Source of the DNA: Octopus vulgaris
Lineage: Eukaryota
Assembly: GCA_951406725.2 (NCBI GenBank)
Contig: OX597814.1
Coordinates: 70,060,001-70,124,000 of the forward strand
Direction: 5' to 3'
DNA length: 64,000 nucleotides
Position 1 is the stretch's first letter. The number at the start of each line of letters is the position of its first letter. Below are positions 49,520 through 63,773 of this stretch, one piece after another. A model generated the notes under the pieces. It saw only the letters and a program-made list of their open reading frames with translations. It was not told where the DNA came from and did not search any database. The position numbers were made by a program, and so were the translations under genes.

Positions 49520-50815
49520 CACTACATTGTGCTGAGTTTTTCCGTCAAGTTTCTGAATGTTGTTTTTGGTCCAGTCTACAATTCCAACTCCATATCTGAT
49601 TGGGGATACTGCTCTTGCATTTACTGCTTCAATAACATTTTTTGAATTCAGCTTTGACTGCTATAATTTTTCTCACGCTTCTTGTATACTCTCTGCTGGT
49701 TATTTGTTTCATTTCTTCTTGTATTATTTCTTCTGCTTCCAGTATCTCCAAATACTTATACCACTGTCCTTTCTCATCTGCTTTCATTGTTTGCTCATTT
49801 AGCATTTCAATTCCTTGGCTTCCTTCAAATCTTCCTTGTTTCATTTTCATCCTAGTGCATTCCTCAATCCCAAATTCCATACTACATCATTTGAGAAAAT
49901 GCAAACAGTATGCATTAGACTTACAAGTTGTCTCTCATTTTTTGCATAACTCTTTATATCATCCATAAAAAGAAAATTATTTATCTGATCATATCCTTTC
50001 CCCAAATTGTAAGCTATTTTAACTTTTCACAATATCAAAGTAAGTGGTATCATGACCAATGCAAATAGAAATGGAGATAAGCTATATCCTTGGAATATTC
50101 CACATCTGATTTTTCACTTTCCAAGTCTTTGTTTCTTTCCAATCAATGGTACCATGTTATATGCTCTTTTTGTAGTCTAACCGTGCTACATGCAATCCCA
50201 TCAATCTGTGTCTGTAATTTCTGTTTATCATTTTATCAACTAATAAGTGGTCTTTTGTTACTATTTCGTTTCCTGCATCTTTTCTGCTCTTCTGCAAGTA
50301 GATTGTTAATTTCTATAGCTTTTCCACCATGACACTGATCATAAGCTTCCGCAAAAGTGTTATAAGTTGAAAATTTGATGCCAAGTTACCTTTCAAGGGA
50401 TCCTTGTGACATTACAGCATTCATGCATTTAAGGACATGACCATACTGCAGGCATTCATCCAACTGTGTAAAGTTCTTCAGCCAGTAACCTTGTACTTCA
50501 TCTTGGCCAGGTCCCTTCCAATTTGCATTTATTTAAAACTTCAGTTTCCACTGTATATATAGATGGATTCTGATGTCCTTTTGTCTTGGCACAGTTGCAA
50601 ATTGTCTTTCCACCTGTGTTAGCCACTCTGTACTTTCTTTATGTCTCACCAGCCTATTCCAGTTCTTCCCCCAAAATATTTTACTTTCTTCTGCATCAGG
50701 AAATGATTCCTGATGTTGGTCCCCTTCTATTTCCTCAAAAAATGCCTTCCATTTGATAGGAACAGTCTATTCTGTTCAAAGCCTTTGCATCTAGCATCAT
50801 ATCTTTTCAGTTTTT
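49520..50815 (-). mobile_element. R4/Dong-like non-LTR RT fragment, degenerate
   Basis: Minus strand has a WKGPGQDEVQGYWLK-like motif, IFQG.SLSP.LF, FMDDIK, MEFGIEEC and YKYL.ILEA. Confidence 0.7.
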
Positions 50816-51049
50816 ATTAGTGGTATTATTATTACTATTATCATTATTTCTTTCTTTCAGTTTTGTTTCCATTTCTTGCCGAGTGTTTTTCTGACACCTA
50901 GACAAAGAAACTCACTGTATACATTGGTAGGCCATTAAGATAAACACACTAGATATTTCATTTACAAAGTCATATGATAGGAAAATAAAGAAGAAAAAAT
51001 GAAAAATAAGAAGACAAAGTAAATAAAGGGGAAAAAGGAAAGAAAATTC

Positions 51050-51375
51050 AGTGACAATGCTCTTCTCAGTACATATGACATTCCAGTTAAGACAATCTAT
51101 TGCACTTCCTACATAGCAAGCTAGGGAGCATCCTTAAATAATTTTCAGTTCCTCTTTTGATCATTCCAAGTGCCCATACCATCACTGGTATTGTAACCGT
51201 CTTGAGAATCCACATTTCTTCAATTTCAATCACCAAATCTTTATATTTTCTGAGCTTATCAAATTCCTTTGCTGAGATATTAGGATCGCAAGGTATGCTC
51301 ATGTTAATTAATAAACAGACTTTATTGTTTTGGTCTTTTACAACAATATCTGGTTTATTAGCTTTGATGGTCCAG
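51050..51375 (-). mobile_element. R4/Dong-like RLE 3' fragment
   Basis: IKANKPDIVVKD..CLLI..KLRKYKDL..TVTIPV. Confidence 0.75.
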
Positions 51376-51477
51376 TACTGGAAAGTCCCAAGGAATTGTT
51401 GCATTTTCTCCCTCAGTTTCAGCCTCAGGGTAGTGCTTGTACCATTTGTCAGTAGTTTTAATTTTATAATACTGACA

Positions 51478-51539
<62 letters not shown>

Positions 51540-52372
51540 GGTGGTGAGCTGGCAGAATCATTAGCATGCTAGGTGAAATGCTTAGCAGTATTTCATCTGT
51601 TTTCACTCTCTGAGGTCACCTCTGCCAAGGTCAACTTTGCCTTTCATCCTTTTGGGGGTTGATAAAATAAATACCAGTTGAACACTGGGTTTGATGCAAA
51701 CTCATCCCCTCCCCCAAAATTGCTGCCCCTGTGCCAAAATTTGAAACCAAGAAAAAAGCTGGCAGAATCATTAGCACACTGAGCAAAAACACTGGGCAAA
51801 ATGTGTAGCAGCATTTCGTGTTTTCACATTCTCAAATTCCACCAAGATCAACTTTGCCTTTCATCTTTTCGAGGTCACTAATTTAAATACCAGTGAAACA
51901 ATGGGGGTCAGTGTTATTGACTGTTCCCCTCCCCTTAAATTTCAGGCCATGTGCCTCTAGTAGAAAGGATTATTATTTTTTTCACTGCAGATTTGTCACA
52001 AAAGCCTTTCTTAGTTGCTTTTGATTGCTTAGAGAATTTGGATATTTAATTGTTATCAAAGTGGATGAAAAGTTTTCTTTCATTTGGCTTTATACAAGAT
52101 GATAGCCATTCTAAATAAATGAGGAGTTTATTCTCACCAAAATAAATGAGGAATGTTGATTATTTCCAATATCTTAGTTTTTCACTTCAAAGGTTTGTAA
52201 ATAATGGCATTTACAACAACAAAAAGATATTACCCTCCCTTTTCCTCAATACAGAAAAGGAAAAAGGTGATGCTTGTAAGAAAATAAAGGAAAAAACTGT
52301 TTCTTTGTCACAAGACATGTTGAAAGAAGGTTTTAAGATATTGAAATCCAGGAACAGTGACTTTATTAATGA

Positions 52373-53657
52373 CTAGCAGTATAACCCGGCCTTGCCCGAG
52401 ATTAAGTTCTTTATTTTAAACCAATCTAAGTAATATCAACGTCAAATTTGGATGAAATCCATTGAAATTGGTTATATTATATATATATAATATAATATAA
52501 ATATGTATGGGCAACACTCACATATGTATGTACACCTATTGCATGTTTTGTGCATGCATACATGTTCATAAATAGAAATGAATGGAAAAAATGTTGTTAA
52601 ATTTGTAGATTAACACTCGCACGATTTTCACTAAGAAAAAAATCGTTTTTTTTTTTGCATGGAAGCAACTACTCTGGCCTCTTAATATGCTACAAAACCC
52701 TTTTTGTGGTCCGTGAAATGGAGTGGGGTGTGGTGGAAGCCTCGCAAATTGTACCCATTTCTATTGTGTAATTCACTGACAAACTGTTACCTACATCTTT
52801 GTTTCTTTGTTGTTAAATAAATGGATTCTCAACAAAACACTTTTTTACTCGGCGTAGAATATAAACAAAACTCTTTCACACCCAAAGTAATAGGTGTGAG
52901 AGAGAGAGAGGGGGAAGAAAAATGAACGATTTAAAATAAATAAATATATTGTAATTGTTGTGTGAGAAAGTATATATACTATGATTATAAAATAGTGTCT
53001 TTCAAAACATCCTAAATTTGAACACTATATCTTGTGTTTAAGAAAAAACAAAACATTTTACATTTTATTTTTTATTTTTTATGAACGTCGTCACTTTCTC
53101 TCTCCCTTTTTTTTTGTTTAGACGCTGTGAAACTCTCTGCCTCTCTTCCACTTTTCTTTATCTTGTTTTTTTTTAGATGACGTCAAACTATCTCCCACTC
53201 TTCCTTACACATACTTTTTCTTTACTATTTTTGTTATACATTGCAAAACACTCTCTCTCCCTCACACACACACACACACACATACATCATTGCACAACTT
53301 CTCTCTCTCTCCCTCACACACACACACACACATACATCAATGCACAACTTCTCTCTCTCCCTCACACACACACTTTCGCTTGGCTATGGCTAGAAGGGAC
53401 TTAACTCATGTTATCAATCTTCAAAATAGGTAAAAGCTATGGCTGAAAATAGATTTTTACCGCTAAAAGCTATGGCTGAAAATAGATTTTTACCACTATC
53501 CGCAGGTGCCTTGGTAAAAAAATAAGTTAACAAAACCCAGATAGGGTATTGACGAATGTCCTCCTAAAATTGGAGCAACATGCATGCTAATTTGTGGACG
53601 TGCATAAATTACAATCACGTACACACACACACACATCATGCCTTTTGTAGATACAGA
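52373..53657 (-). mobile_element. Non-autonomous Helitron, both termini present
   Basis: Minus strand starts A|TCtgtatctacaaaagg and ends ctcgggcaaggccgggttatactgCTAG|T. Internal tandem repeats at 53250-53370 and 53433-53495. Confidence 0.75.
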
Positions 53658-54145
53658 TAACAACAGCATGCACGGACAAGCTTTACTATGTGAACATGTT
53701 GTCAAGTCAGAGATTTCTTCATTGTTTCATTTTCAAATATCACTAGTAACATACAGAAATTGTAAATAATGAGTTCACATGAACAAGATCAATATTACAA
53801 GAGTTGTATAAGAAAGGAAAAAATATTCTTCTTGACCATGTTATTAAGGAGTAAGAGGGACACAAAATTGCTTACTTCTGTCTTACAAAGCACACAAGGG
53901 TAGTCCTTGTACTGTTGAAATAAAAAGCATGGGTCAACATGTAGAAGAACTTTACCTCCATTGGCTAATGTACAATGTATAGGTCTCCATGAATACTTTA
54001 TAGAAACAAGCTGAAGGAAGCAAACAAGCCAACCAGGTGTAACATAACAGCTTCTACATTTGTGCCACTGGGGACACAAATAATGTGGGTCCAGGTGACG
54101 AATGTTGACAATGATGTTGATCTTTGCTTTGTCATCATCTTCATA

Positions 54146-55430
54146 TCAGGTCATCCCATAAGTTCTGTCCAATTTTACATTTTCTAAAATTGTATGAAAT
54201 TTAATAGTATTTTAGAATGTCTAATGGAATTAAAAATTATTTTTATTCATTTGTGCACATTTAAACTAATTAAATATTATTTTACAGAATAGAATTAAAA
54301 TTTCTTGATTAAAACCCTTGCTAACATGGAAGTATCAAAAGAGCATTTAAAGCACATAATGTTTTATGAGTACAAAAAAGGAAACTCTGCAGCCAAAGCA
54401 ACTCAAAATATGCACTCTGTTTATGGGAAAGAATGCTTGAATGAAAGAACTTGCAGAAGATGGTTTGCAAAATTCAGAAGTGGAGATTTCAGCCTGAAGA
54501 TAAAGATCGAACAGGACATCCAGTTGAGTTTGATGATAAGCTCCTTGAGGCATTACTTGAAGAAAATCCTGCATTATCAGTTGAAGAATTGGCAATAAAG
54601 CTTAGTTCAAACCATACAACTGTTCATCGTCATCTTCAACAACTTGGAAAGGTTCCTAAACTTGGAAAATGAGTGCCTCATGAATTGTCCGAAAGCAACT
54701 GCAAATGCTGAGTTGACATCTGCTCTTCTTTCCATTCTCACAAACTTATTTCGCCCTTTTTGGATTGACTCGTGACTGGTGACGAAAAATGGATCTTCTA
54801 TTGAAATGCTAAATGTTGTATACAGTGGCTTGGTAAAAGGGAAAAAGCTGGATCACAACCAAGAAGGGAACTTCATGGAAAAAAGGTTCTTCTCTCTATC
54901 TCGTGAGATTGCAAAGGAGTAATTCACTTTGAATTGTTACCAGCTAATGCAACAATCAATGCTCAAGTCTACTGTCAGCAATTAGAGCATTTGAACCAAG
55001 CTTTGAAAAAAAAAAAGACCCGCTTTAGTGAATTGAAAAGGAGTGAAGTTTCATCAGGACAATGTGCAACCCTACTCTGCAAAGATCACATCACAGAAGA
55101 TCGAAGAGCTTGGTTGGGAAAAAATTTCTCATCCACCTTATTCTCCTGACCTTGCTCCTTCAGACTACCATTTGTTTTGTAGTTTACAGAATCATTTGGG
55201 GGGACATAAATTTTGCAAGCCAGGAGGAGGTTGAAACTGACATTTCAAAGTTTTTCGCTTTGAAACAAAAAGAGTTTTACATTGATGGGATTAAAAAGCT
55301 TGTAAATAGATGGAAGAAAGTCATAGATAATCAAGGAAAGTACATTGATGATTAAATTTCAATTAAATATAACATTTGATCACTTGTTTTCTTTATTCCA
55401 AATTCAGACAGAACTTATGGGTTAACCTGA
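54146..55430 (+). mobile_element. Full-length mariner transposon, transposase pseudogenised
   Basis: TA target duplications at 54144-45 and 55431-32. TIRs tcaggtcatcccataagttctgtc / gacagaacttatgggttaacctga. VTGDEKW, HQDN, YSPDLAPSDYHLF. Confidence 0.93.
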
Positions 55431-56717
55431 TAGTACATTACGAGCAAATAATGAATGTTAAGGTCACAAAGAATAACATATTGTCAGGTAGGTTCTCAAT
55501 GAACTTACTGACTCCAAAGATTGCAAGATCATTCCAGAACCTAACATGAATGCAGAATGAAGGTAATGGTATAGTAGTGCAGGGTAGGAAACCATATTGC
55601 TGCAAAAACCACTTGAGGGATCTTTGCTCACTGGAGCACCAAAGACAAAAGTAAAGGAATCAGCAGTAGAAGCATTCACAGCAAATTCTAGAAATTATTG
55701 ACCTCCATTTTACAGTATACAAAATTGTACAATCATGGAAGAATTGTTGGCCAGTCTAGTCGAGTTGCAAAAACAGCAACAACAACAACTGCTACAGTTA
55801 ATGAATAGTAAGTTGTCAAAAGATGCTGGAAAGATATTCTCACCAGATTATGTTGCAAACTCAACAATGGAATTTAAGTATGACTCAGATGGAGGTGTTA
55901 CCTTCAAGGTTTATTATAGAAGATAGGAATAAATCTCCAATAAAGAGTGCAAGGATTGGGATGACAATATGAAAACACATCTAATCTTAAGAAAGCTGGT
56001 AGTAGGAGAACATGAGCATTACAGCAATTACATACTCTCAAAAAAAAACCTTCTGACATAAACTTTAAAAATACAATAGACATATTGTGTGAAATTTTTA
56101 GCAAGAAAAGCTCTTTGTTCAATACACACTGGAAATGTTTGAACCTAGAAAAGAACAACAAGGAGAACTGCATCACATATGTTGGTAGACTTAAAAGAGA
56201 ATGTGAAAAGATCAAACTGGACGAATTAACACCAAGTATGTTCAAGTGCCTGCTATTTACTCAGGGACTAACTGCAGAAAAACAAGTGTCAGAAGAGTGA
56301 AAGAATAGACAGGACACTGAGAAAATTGAACATAAAGATTGCTCCCAAGTGAAACAAGTGTGTTGGAAAAAACAAAACAGGCAGAATACAAATCAAGTGT
56401 GTAATAAAATACAGTGCAAACAGGACTAAAATCAGGAAACAAACCCAGGTTTTGAATGCGGAGGTCTACACTAGAGAAAAAATGCTCATTTAAGAAAGTG
56501 GAATGTTTCCATTGTGGTAAAATTGGACACAAAAGCACACTGTAAAACCAACATGACAAAATGTTGGAACAAAGAGAAAAAAATAAACAAGGTGTCGTCG
56601 AAAAATGGTAGTGACAAAGAGGAAATTAATAAATATGAAAATTAAAAGTTTAAGAGAAAAATGCAGTTAGACACTGGAAGTGATATTACCATTGTGAATG
56701 AAGAAACTTGGAAGTAA

Positions 56718-57973
56718 CAGATCATTAAGTATGAAATATCCAATTTTGAACTGAAAGTTATTTTACTTTATCTCAACAAAAAGCTATGCTGTTAATCAAA
56801 GTATGCACAAACATTATCAACACAATTTTATCATTTTAGCTTATTTATGCTGGCAGCGAAGAATTTTGGAGAACAAGAGGTGATGAAATCACCGAAGGCT
56901 GTTTTTGTGTCTTCTAATTTTTTCCTTGCAAAAGTTGTCTAATGCCTGGAAAATGTGCTAGTCAGTCAGTGCAAGGTCTGGTGAGTATGGTGGATGACAG
57001 AGTACTTCCAAGTTCAGTTCCTGTAACTTGAGTACTGTTTTTTGTGCAACATGTGGTCAAGCATTGTCTTGCAAGAGAATTGGCCTGTCTCTATTGACCA
57101 ATCTCATTGTTCAGTTGCAAGTTCACTCATCATTTCATCCAGTTGGTTGACGTATACATCCACTGTAATTGACTTATCAGGTCTCATGAAGCTATTGTGA
57201 ATGACACCAGTACTGCACCACCAAACAGACATTAGCTTTTTTGGTGAATATTCTTATTTTGGATTGTGTTTTGGCATTTTCATCTCTATCCAACGAACAT
57301 GCAGAACTCTTGCTATTGTTGAAAAGAATCCATTTTTCATCACACATAAAGCAATGCAAAAATGGTTCACTTTTATACTGTGACAGCAAAGAACAGCAAG
57401 TTCCAAGACAAATCATTTGATGGTCATTCAATTTGTGTGGTGCCCACTTCTCCAGCTTCTTTACCTTGCCGATTTGTTTCAGATGGTCGAATACAGTTGG
57501 AATCAAAACATCAAACCTTGCTGCTAACTCATGCATAGTTTGAGATGTATCCGCATCCACTACAGTTTCCTGCTCATCATTATCCACCTTGGTCTCAGGT
57601 CTACCACAAGGCTGATTTTCAAGAGTAAAGTCACCAGACTGAAACATCTTAAACCATCGGTGTACAGTGCTCTCATTTGCTGCGGCTTCACCAAACACCT
57701 CATTGATGTTTCAAGTTGTCAAGAATGTGTTGGTTCCACGACGGAACTCATATTCATAAAGAACGTGAATTTTTGATCTATCAATGGGTTCACAAAAATT
57801 GATTTACAAGAGAAAACTCAGAATATAATCAGACACCATGAATTGCATTTCAAAAAGTGATGATGTAACTCTTCAATGTTGTAAAAGAAAGAATTATCAG
57901 TATAAAACTTTAGTGTTAATGACTGTTAAACTTGGTGCATAAGAAAATCAGACATTTCATTTTTAATGACCTA
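56718..57973 (-). mobile_element. Mariner transposon nested in the Gypsy element
   Basis: TVHRWFKMF, WAPHKL, CDEKW, PYSPDLA. Degenerate TIRs agatcattaagtatgaaat / atttcatttttaatgacct. Confidence 0.85.
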
Positions 57974-58718
57974 TATATCCATAAGCCAGAATTAAGTAAA
58001 TCTACAAAAGTAGCACATGATGTTACAGGTAAGTGATTGTATTTTGTAGGTGAATTTGTGTGTAATATGATATTTTGTGACCAAATGAAAAAGGTAAAAG
58101 TATATGTGTCAAAAAATTTAGTTAATCTGTGAACCTATTCATATTGTGGAATATGTCTGTGTTTTGTGTGAGAATATAGTCATTTCAGTCAAAGGTTCGA
58201 ATGCAGCTGAGAGATTGAAATGAAAGATAAAACATTTATTTGCAGATGATAAAGTGGGTTGCTGCATGAAAATAAAGGCAAAAATTGTAGTAAACCAAAG
58301 TGCAAGCCAAAACAGAATGTACTGTTCGTGGCACTAGAACACGTAAATAAGGAACTTGAAAGACCTGAATACCTAAGAATAACCAAGAAGACAGACCACT
58401 CAGATTGGGCAGCATGTACACTCTATGTAAAAAAGAAAAAAAATAAGTCAAGAGTTTGTGCAGATTTTTCAACAGGGTTGAATGATTGCTTAATCTCCCT
58501 TAACTACCCATTACCAAGTCCTGAGGAAGTGTTCACAAAATTGAATAGAGGGAAATTCTTCTTGGAATTAGACCTCTCAGAGGAATATTTACAAATCCGA
58601 GTAGAAGAAGAATGCTCACACTTATTAACCATTAATATACACATAGCTTATTTAAATTTAAGCGGCTTCCCTTTGGTGTAAAAGTGGCTCCTTCCATATT
58701 TCAGCAAATACTTGATAC

Positions 58719-59889
58719 ATAGCTTCCGTTATCTAGGTGACCAAGTCAGTAGTGAAGGCGGGTGTGCTGAAAGTGTAGCTGCTAGAATAAGAATAGCTTG
58801 GGCAAAGTTCAGAGAGCTCTTACCTCTGCCGGTGACAAAGGGCCTCTCACTCAGAGTAAAAGGTAGACTGTGTGATGCATGTGTACGAACAGCCATGCTA
58901 CATGGCAGTGAAACATGGGCTGTGACTGCTAAGGACATGCGTAAGCTCGCAAGGAATGAAGCCAGTATGATCCAATGGATGTGTAATGTCAGTGTGCATA
59001 CTCGACAGAGTGTAAGTACCTTGAGAGAAAAGATGAACCTAAGAAGCATTAGATGTGGTGTGCAAGAGAGACGACTGCGCTGGTATGGTCATGTGGCAAG
59101 AATGGATGAGGATAGCTGCGTGAAAATGTGCCACACCCTAGCGGTTGAGGGAACCTGTGGAAGAGGTAGACACAGGAAGACCTGAGATGAAGTGGTGAAG
59201 CACGACCTTCGAACATTAGGCCTCACCAAGGAAATGACTAGCAACCGAGACCTTTGGAAATATGCTGTGCTCGAGAAGACCTGGCAAGCCAAATGAGACC
59301 ATAACCTGTGGCCTATGCCAGGAGCGTAACCAGCCCGCTTATGCGTACCTTTCCTTCTTTGGTCACTAAACTCTGCTTCCAAAGACCTGTTGAGGCAAGT
59401 GAAATCAAAATCAATTCGATGACTGGCATTCGTGCTAGCGGGGTGCAAAGAATGCCATACGAGTGTGATCGTTGACAGAGCGGCTATTCGAGTATGAACA
59501 TTACCAGCATCGCCTTACTGGCACTTATGCCTGTGCTAGTAGGGTGCCAAGAGCACCATCCGAGCGTGATCGTTGCCAGAGCAGCCAACTGGCTTCCGTA
59601 CCCGTGGCACATAAAAGGGCACCATTCGAGCATGATTGTTACCAATGTCGCTTCACTGGCACGTGTAAAAAGATTCGAGCGAGGTCGTTGCCAGTACCGC
59701 CTGACTGGCACGTAAAATGCACCCATTACACTCTCGGAGTGGTTGGTGTTACGAAGGGCATCCAGCTGTAGAAACTCTGCCAGATCAAGAATGGAGCCTG
59801 GTGCAGCCATCTGGCTCACCAGCCCTCGGTCAAATTGTCCAACCCATGCTAGCATGGAAAGCGGACGTTAAACGATGATGATGATGATA
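58719..59889 (+). mobile_element. RTE-clade LINE 3' portion nested in the Gypsy RT
   Basis: FRYLG, MLHGSETW, RLRWYGHV and a (GAT)n tail. Splits the Gypsy motif FQQILD|TMLGD. Confidence 0.9.
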
Positions 59890-62800
59890 ATGCTGGGTGA
59901 CTGTGATTTTGCTATCACCTATTTAGACGATATCCTAATAAAAAGCGAATCATATGAACATGTTGATCACATAAGGAAGGTATTCGAAAAGATAAGAGAA
60001 TATGTTTTTAAGTTAAGTGAAGAAAAATGCGAATTCGTTCTAAAAAAATTAATTACTTGGGCCAGATAATAGATAAAAACGAACAGAAACTGGATTCATC
60101 CAGAGCAACTGCAATAAAAAATATGCCCATGCCAAATAATGTGACTACGCTACAAGCATTCTTGGGTTTAGTAAATTACTATCAAATTTAGATTCTCAAT
60201 ATACACAATGTAAGGGCCATGCTAAATGATTTATCAAACAAAAACGCAAAATGGTGCTGGACTGATAAGTGTCAGAAGACATTTGACAAATTAAAAAAAC
60301 ATTTTAACATCAAACTTATTGTTAATGCATTTTGATCTGAAATAGGATATTATATTGGCTACAGATGCAAGTGATTATGCTCCTGCACGAATATGACAAT
60401 GGGTGTAAAAAGACTATAGCTCATGTGTCATGATCATTATTACCAGCCAAAATGAACTATAGTCAAACAGAAAAGGAAGCATTAGTAATCATATTTTGTG
60501 TGAAAAAATTCCATAGGATTATTTATGGAAGAAGTTTGTCCACAAGCAGACCATTGCCCTCACTACTGGTATTCCTACAAAAGGAATACCAACACAGCAA
60601 ATAGACTACAGTAATGGGGCATTACATTATTGAATTATGATTACAAAATGGAATATTTATGGTCAAAAAAACTAGGGCATGCGGATGGTTTGTCCAGACT
60701 GATACTAAAACACTGCAAGTCATTCAAAGATAGGTTAATCACAGCTTTAAGAGTAGAAGGAGAAATAAAGAATGTAATGAAGAATTTGGTACACAAATTA
60801 CCGGCAACCCTTGAAGACATAAAATGAAATGCAGAAAATGACAAATTTATAACAGAAATGAAAAGAATATTGTGGACAAGAAAAGTAAATAGGAGCAGGA
60901 TTGGTGCAAAATGAAACCAAGATGTGAACCTATACTCAATTTCTGATGGTGTGCTGATGTATGCACAGAAAGCAGTAGTACCTGAAACACTGTGAAAGAA
61001 AATGTTGAGGGAATTTTATGTTGGACATCCTGGTATTTCAAGGATGAAAGCTTTTATGTGTAGTTACATGTACTGGCCAAAACTGGAAAATTTAGTGAAA
61101 CGCTGCAGAGGATGTGCTCTAGCAACTAAATTACTGGCAATAAAAAATAAACATTTGCCAAAAGTAGATGTTCCATGATTGAGACTACACATTGATTTCA
61201 CTGGTCCTTTAAATGGTTCATACTACTTAGTGGTAGTTGATAGTTTCTCTAAATGAGCAGAAATTTGTAAGTGTAAAGAGCCAACCAGCTGTGACAAACT
61301 TTCTGCATAAACTGTTTGCAAGATTTGGCATCCCGGGCGCAATAGTGTCTGACAATAGAACACAATTTCTGTCTTTTGAGTTTAAAAAGTTTTGTAAAAC
61401 ATTCACTGTAGAACATGTAACTATGGCACCATATCATCCCAGATCTAACAGACAAGCAGAACACTTTGTTGATATGTTCAAAAGAGCCCTAAGAAAGTCA
61501 AATAAGGAAGTCACGGATGAGGTAGCTCTACAACAATTCTTAAGAGTATACCATGTGGCACCAAATCCAAACATACCAGTATGTATGTCACCAGCAGAGC
61601 TGATGTTTGCAAGGAAAATAAAATCGGTTTTTGACAAATTACTAATCCTGGTAAGAAAAGAAAAATTGCAATGGGAAATACAGCAAGATATTTCAAAATT
61701 GGTGAAAATGTATTTTTAGGGCTTATAAGAATGGAAAACAAAGTTGGGAAGATGGCATGATTGCCAAAGGAGTATACAAGAGACACATGAACCAACTGAA
61801 TAAAAATTTGTTGAGAGTGAATCCAAGAGAATGGAAGAACCAATGGAATGTTTATATGATACTTTTCAAGTACCAATGCCACTACAAATAATCGAACCTA
61901 GATGCACAAACAAAAAGAAAAGAAAATATCTGTAGTTCCTGGAAGTGGATGCTGAACGAAAAATATATTAAATTTGTAACTGGATGAAAAAAAAGGAGAA
62001 AAAGACTCAAAAAAGGGAGGTGGGGTGATGTAAAAATTATTGCTAATAAAGAGAAATAAAATTACACTCCCTAAAAATAGAAAAACTTGAAATGGAAATG
62101 TTATGGAGATAATTGTAATAATGGAGCACCCTTCCCATATGATGAGTGGAATGTGCTAGTCATTATAAATACTATGACGTAGGAAGTCGAGAAATACATC
62201 TACTAGTTGTGTCTTACTTGTCTAACTAACTATACTGCTGTACCAGAGCGGGCATTATAAGAGCCCAACAGAGGATCACAACACAAGCTAAAACAAGAAT
62301 ATCTAGAGGACACAAGAGCTGTTTTTTGTCTCATTGCATACAAAAGCTGTTGATAGAAACTATATTTATCTCTTATGACATGTTCATTATTTTTATTCAA
62401 ATTTTTGAATTGTCTTTGTATAATGCTCCTCATTTTGATATAAGTGCCTCATTCATTTCCATGTATTTCTATATGCCCACTAGTTTTTAATGTTATATAT
62501 TTTGAATACATGAATGAAAGTGAAAGTAATCCGCTTCAGTGGGAAAATAGTAATCATCATTATTTTATGAGTGTAACTCATTACCTTACAAAGATAGCTT
62601 GTAGACCAATTAATATGATGCTGCTAGAACTTAATGTTACTCTAACAGTGTACAGTAAAGAGAAACAAGATATCTTAGTTCTCATATCTGTCTGCATGCT
62701 CAACCAATAACAATATGATACAACACTAAGTTTCCCAAACTCCTTGAAGGAATCTTTACACAGTTGTTTGAACAGCTAGTAATAAGCAGTCAAATCAACA

Positions 62801-63470
62801 TAAAATCATACCTTACCATCTCAAAAAAAAAAAAGCGCAAGAGACACACTAAATAATGCAACCCTAGCTACTTCAAAAAGGATTTTAGGGTTATACAACA
62901 GAAACACTTCACTAATGAAAGAGTTTCCATGCAATCATGGCTGGAATACTATTGTTTATAGGTCTGCTTGATCAGATCTGATCAAGCTAGACAAGAATGC
63001 TTAATTACTAGAATGCTAATATGAACTTAACTTAATTTCAGAAATCTATGAGTTCACCTTTGTTAAGTGCTATATCACCTTTAGCATCCCACCTAATTCA
63101 CATGAGATTCTTTTCGTTTTTCTTTTTATGGTTTAATCAGAGGAGGAAGGTAGCACTTATGATTTTAGGATTTATGTAGAACCTTTGAAACTGGTGGAGG
63201 AAAAAAGAGAAATAACCCACAACTCTACTAAAGGCAACCAAAACCAAGATGCAGTGTTAAACTGTGACAAATTACATCCAATCCCTAACTACACTTATTA
63301 ACTAACTTGTATACAAACCATATTAGTTAACTATTGATTGTCTCATAAATAAGTGCAGTTTTGTACTTTAACTATTGTTCAATTAACCATAGTTGAAAAG
63401 GTTTTCTTTAGTTAATGACCTCTTAATTGCATATTTAAATGATCATTATAATTCTGCTTTCTTTCCCCAG

Positions 63471-63558
63471 TGAAATGAATCTTTTGATTGCTGCTCATAT
63501 GTCGGACCAAATTCTGGAAGAAGTTATTGAATCATTATCAAAGAGTCACAAAAAATTG
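63471..63558 (+). CDS. CARMIL: Internal coding exon of a CARMIL/LRRC16-like gene (SEMNLLIAAHMSDQILEEVIESLSKSHKKL)
   Basis: ctttccccAG acceptor and TTG|GTTAGT donor. 88 nt, phase 2-0, completing the AG+T Ser codon from the previous exon. Matches the recalled CARMIL1 motif [30 protein letters not shown]. Confidence 0.87.
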
Positions 63559-63773
63559 GTTAGTTGAAAATATTTTCTTCTTTGAAAAAGAATCCAATTA
63601 CCTCTCACAATGTTGAATTGAAATTAACCCTCTTTTTTAAATATGTTTACTATAGTAGTGATGGATGTAACATTAAAGAGTATGATCTCTGTCTAGTTTG
63701 AGCTTTAAATCCTGCTGTCATAGCCATTGCTTTTTATTTCATAATTTTTCATAAAATACTATATTTAATTAAG

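Larger units (their letters stand above)
55735..62285 (+). mobile_element. Degenerate Ty3/Gypsy LTR retrotransposon with nested insertions
   Basis: Gag knuckle CFHCGKIGH, protease LDTGSD, RT RVCADF..YPLP and YLDDIL, RNase H ATDAS, integrase IVSDN..PYHPRSN. Polypurine tract followed by TG at 62026 (putative 3' LTR). 5' LTR not found. Confidence 0.88.

Noticed and set aside
53433-53495. Short direct repeats as a CRISPR-like array
   Set aside because: Two adjacent 33-bp copies without spacers, inside a Helitron in eukaryotic DNA.
53700-55730. 5' LTR and primer-binding site of the Gypsy element
   Set aside because: No match to 62026-62285 could be seen by eye.
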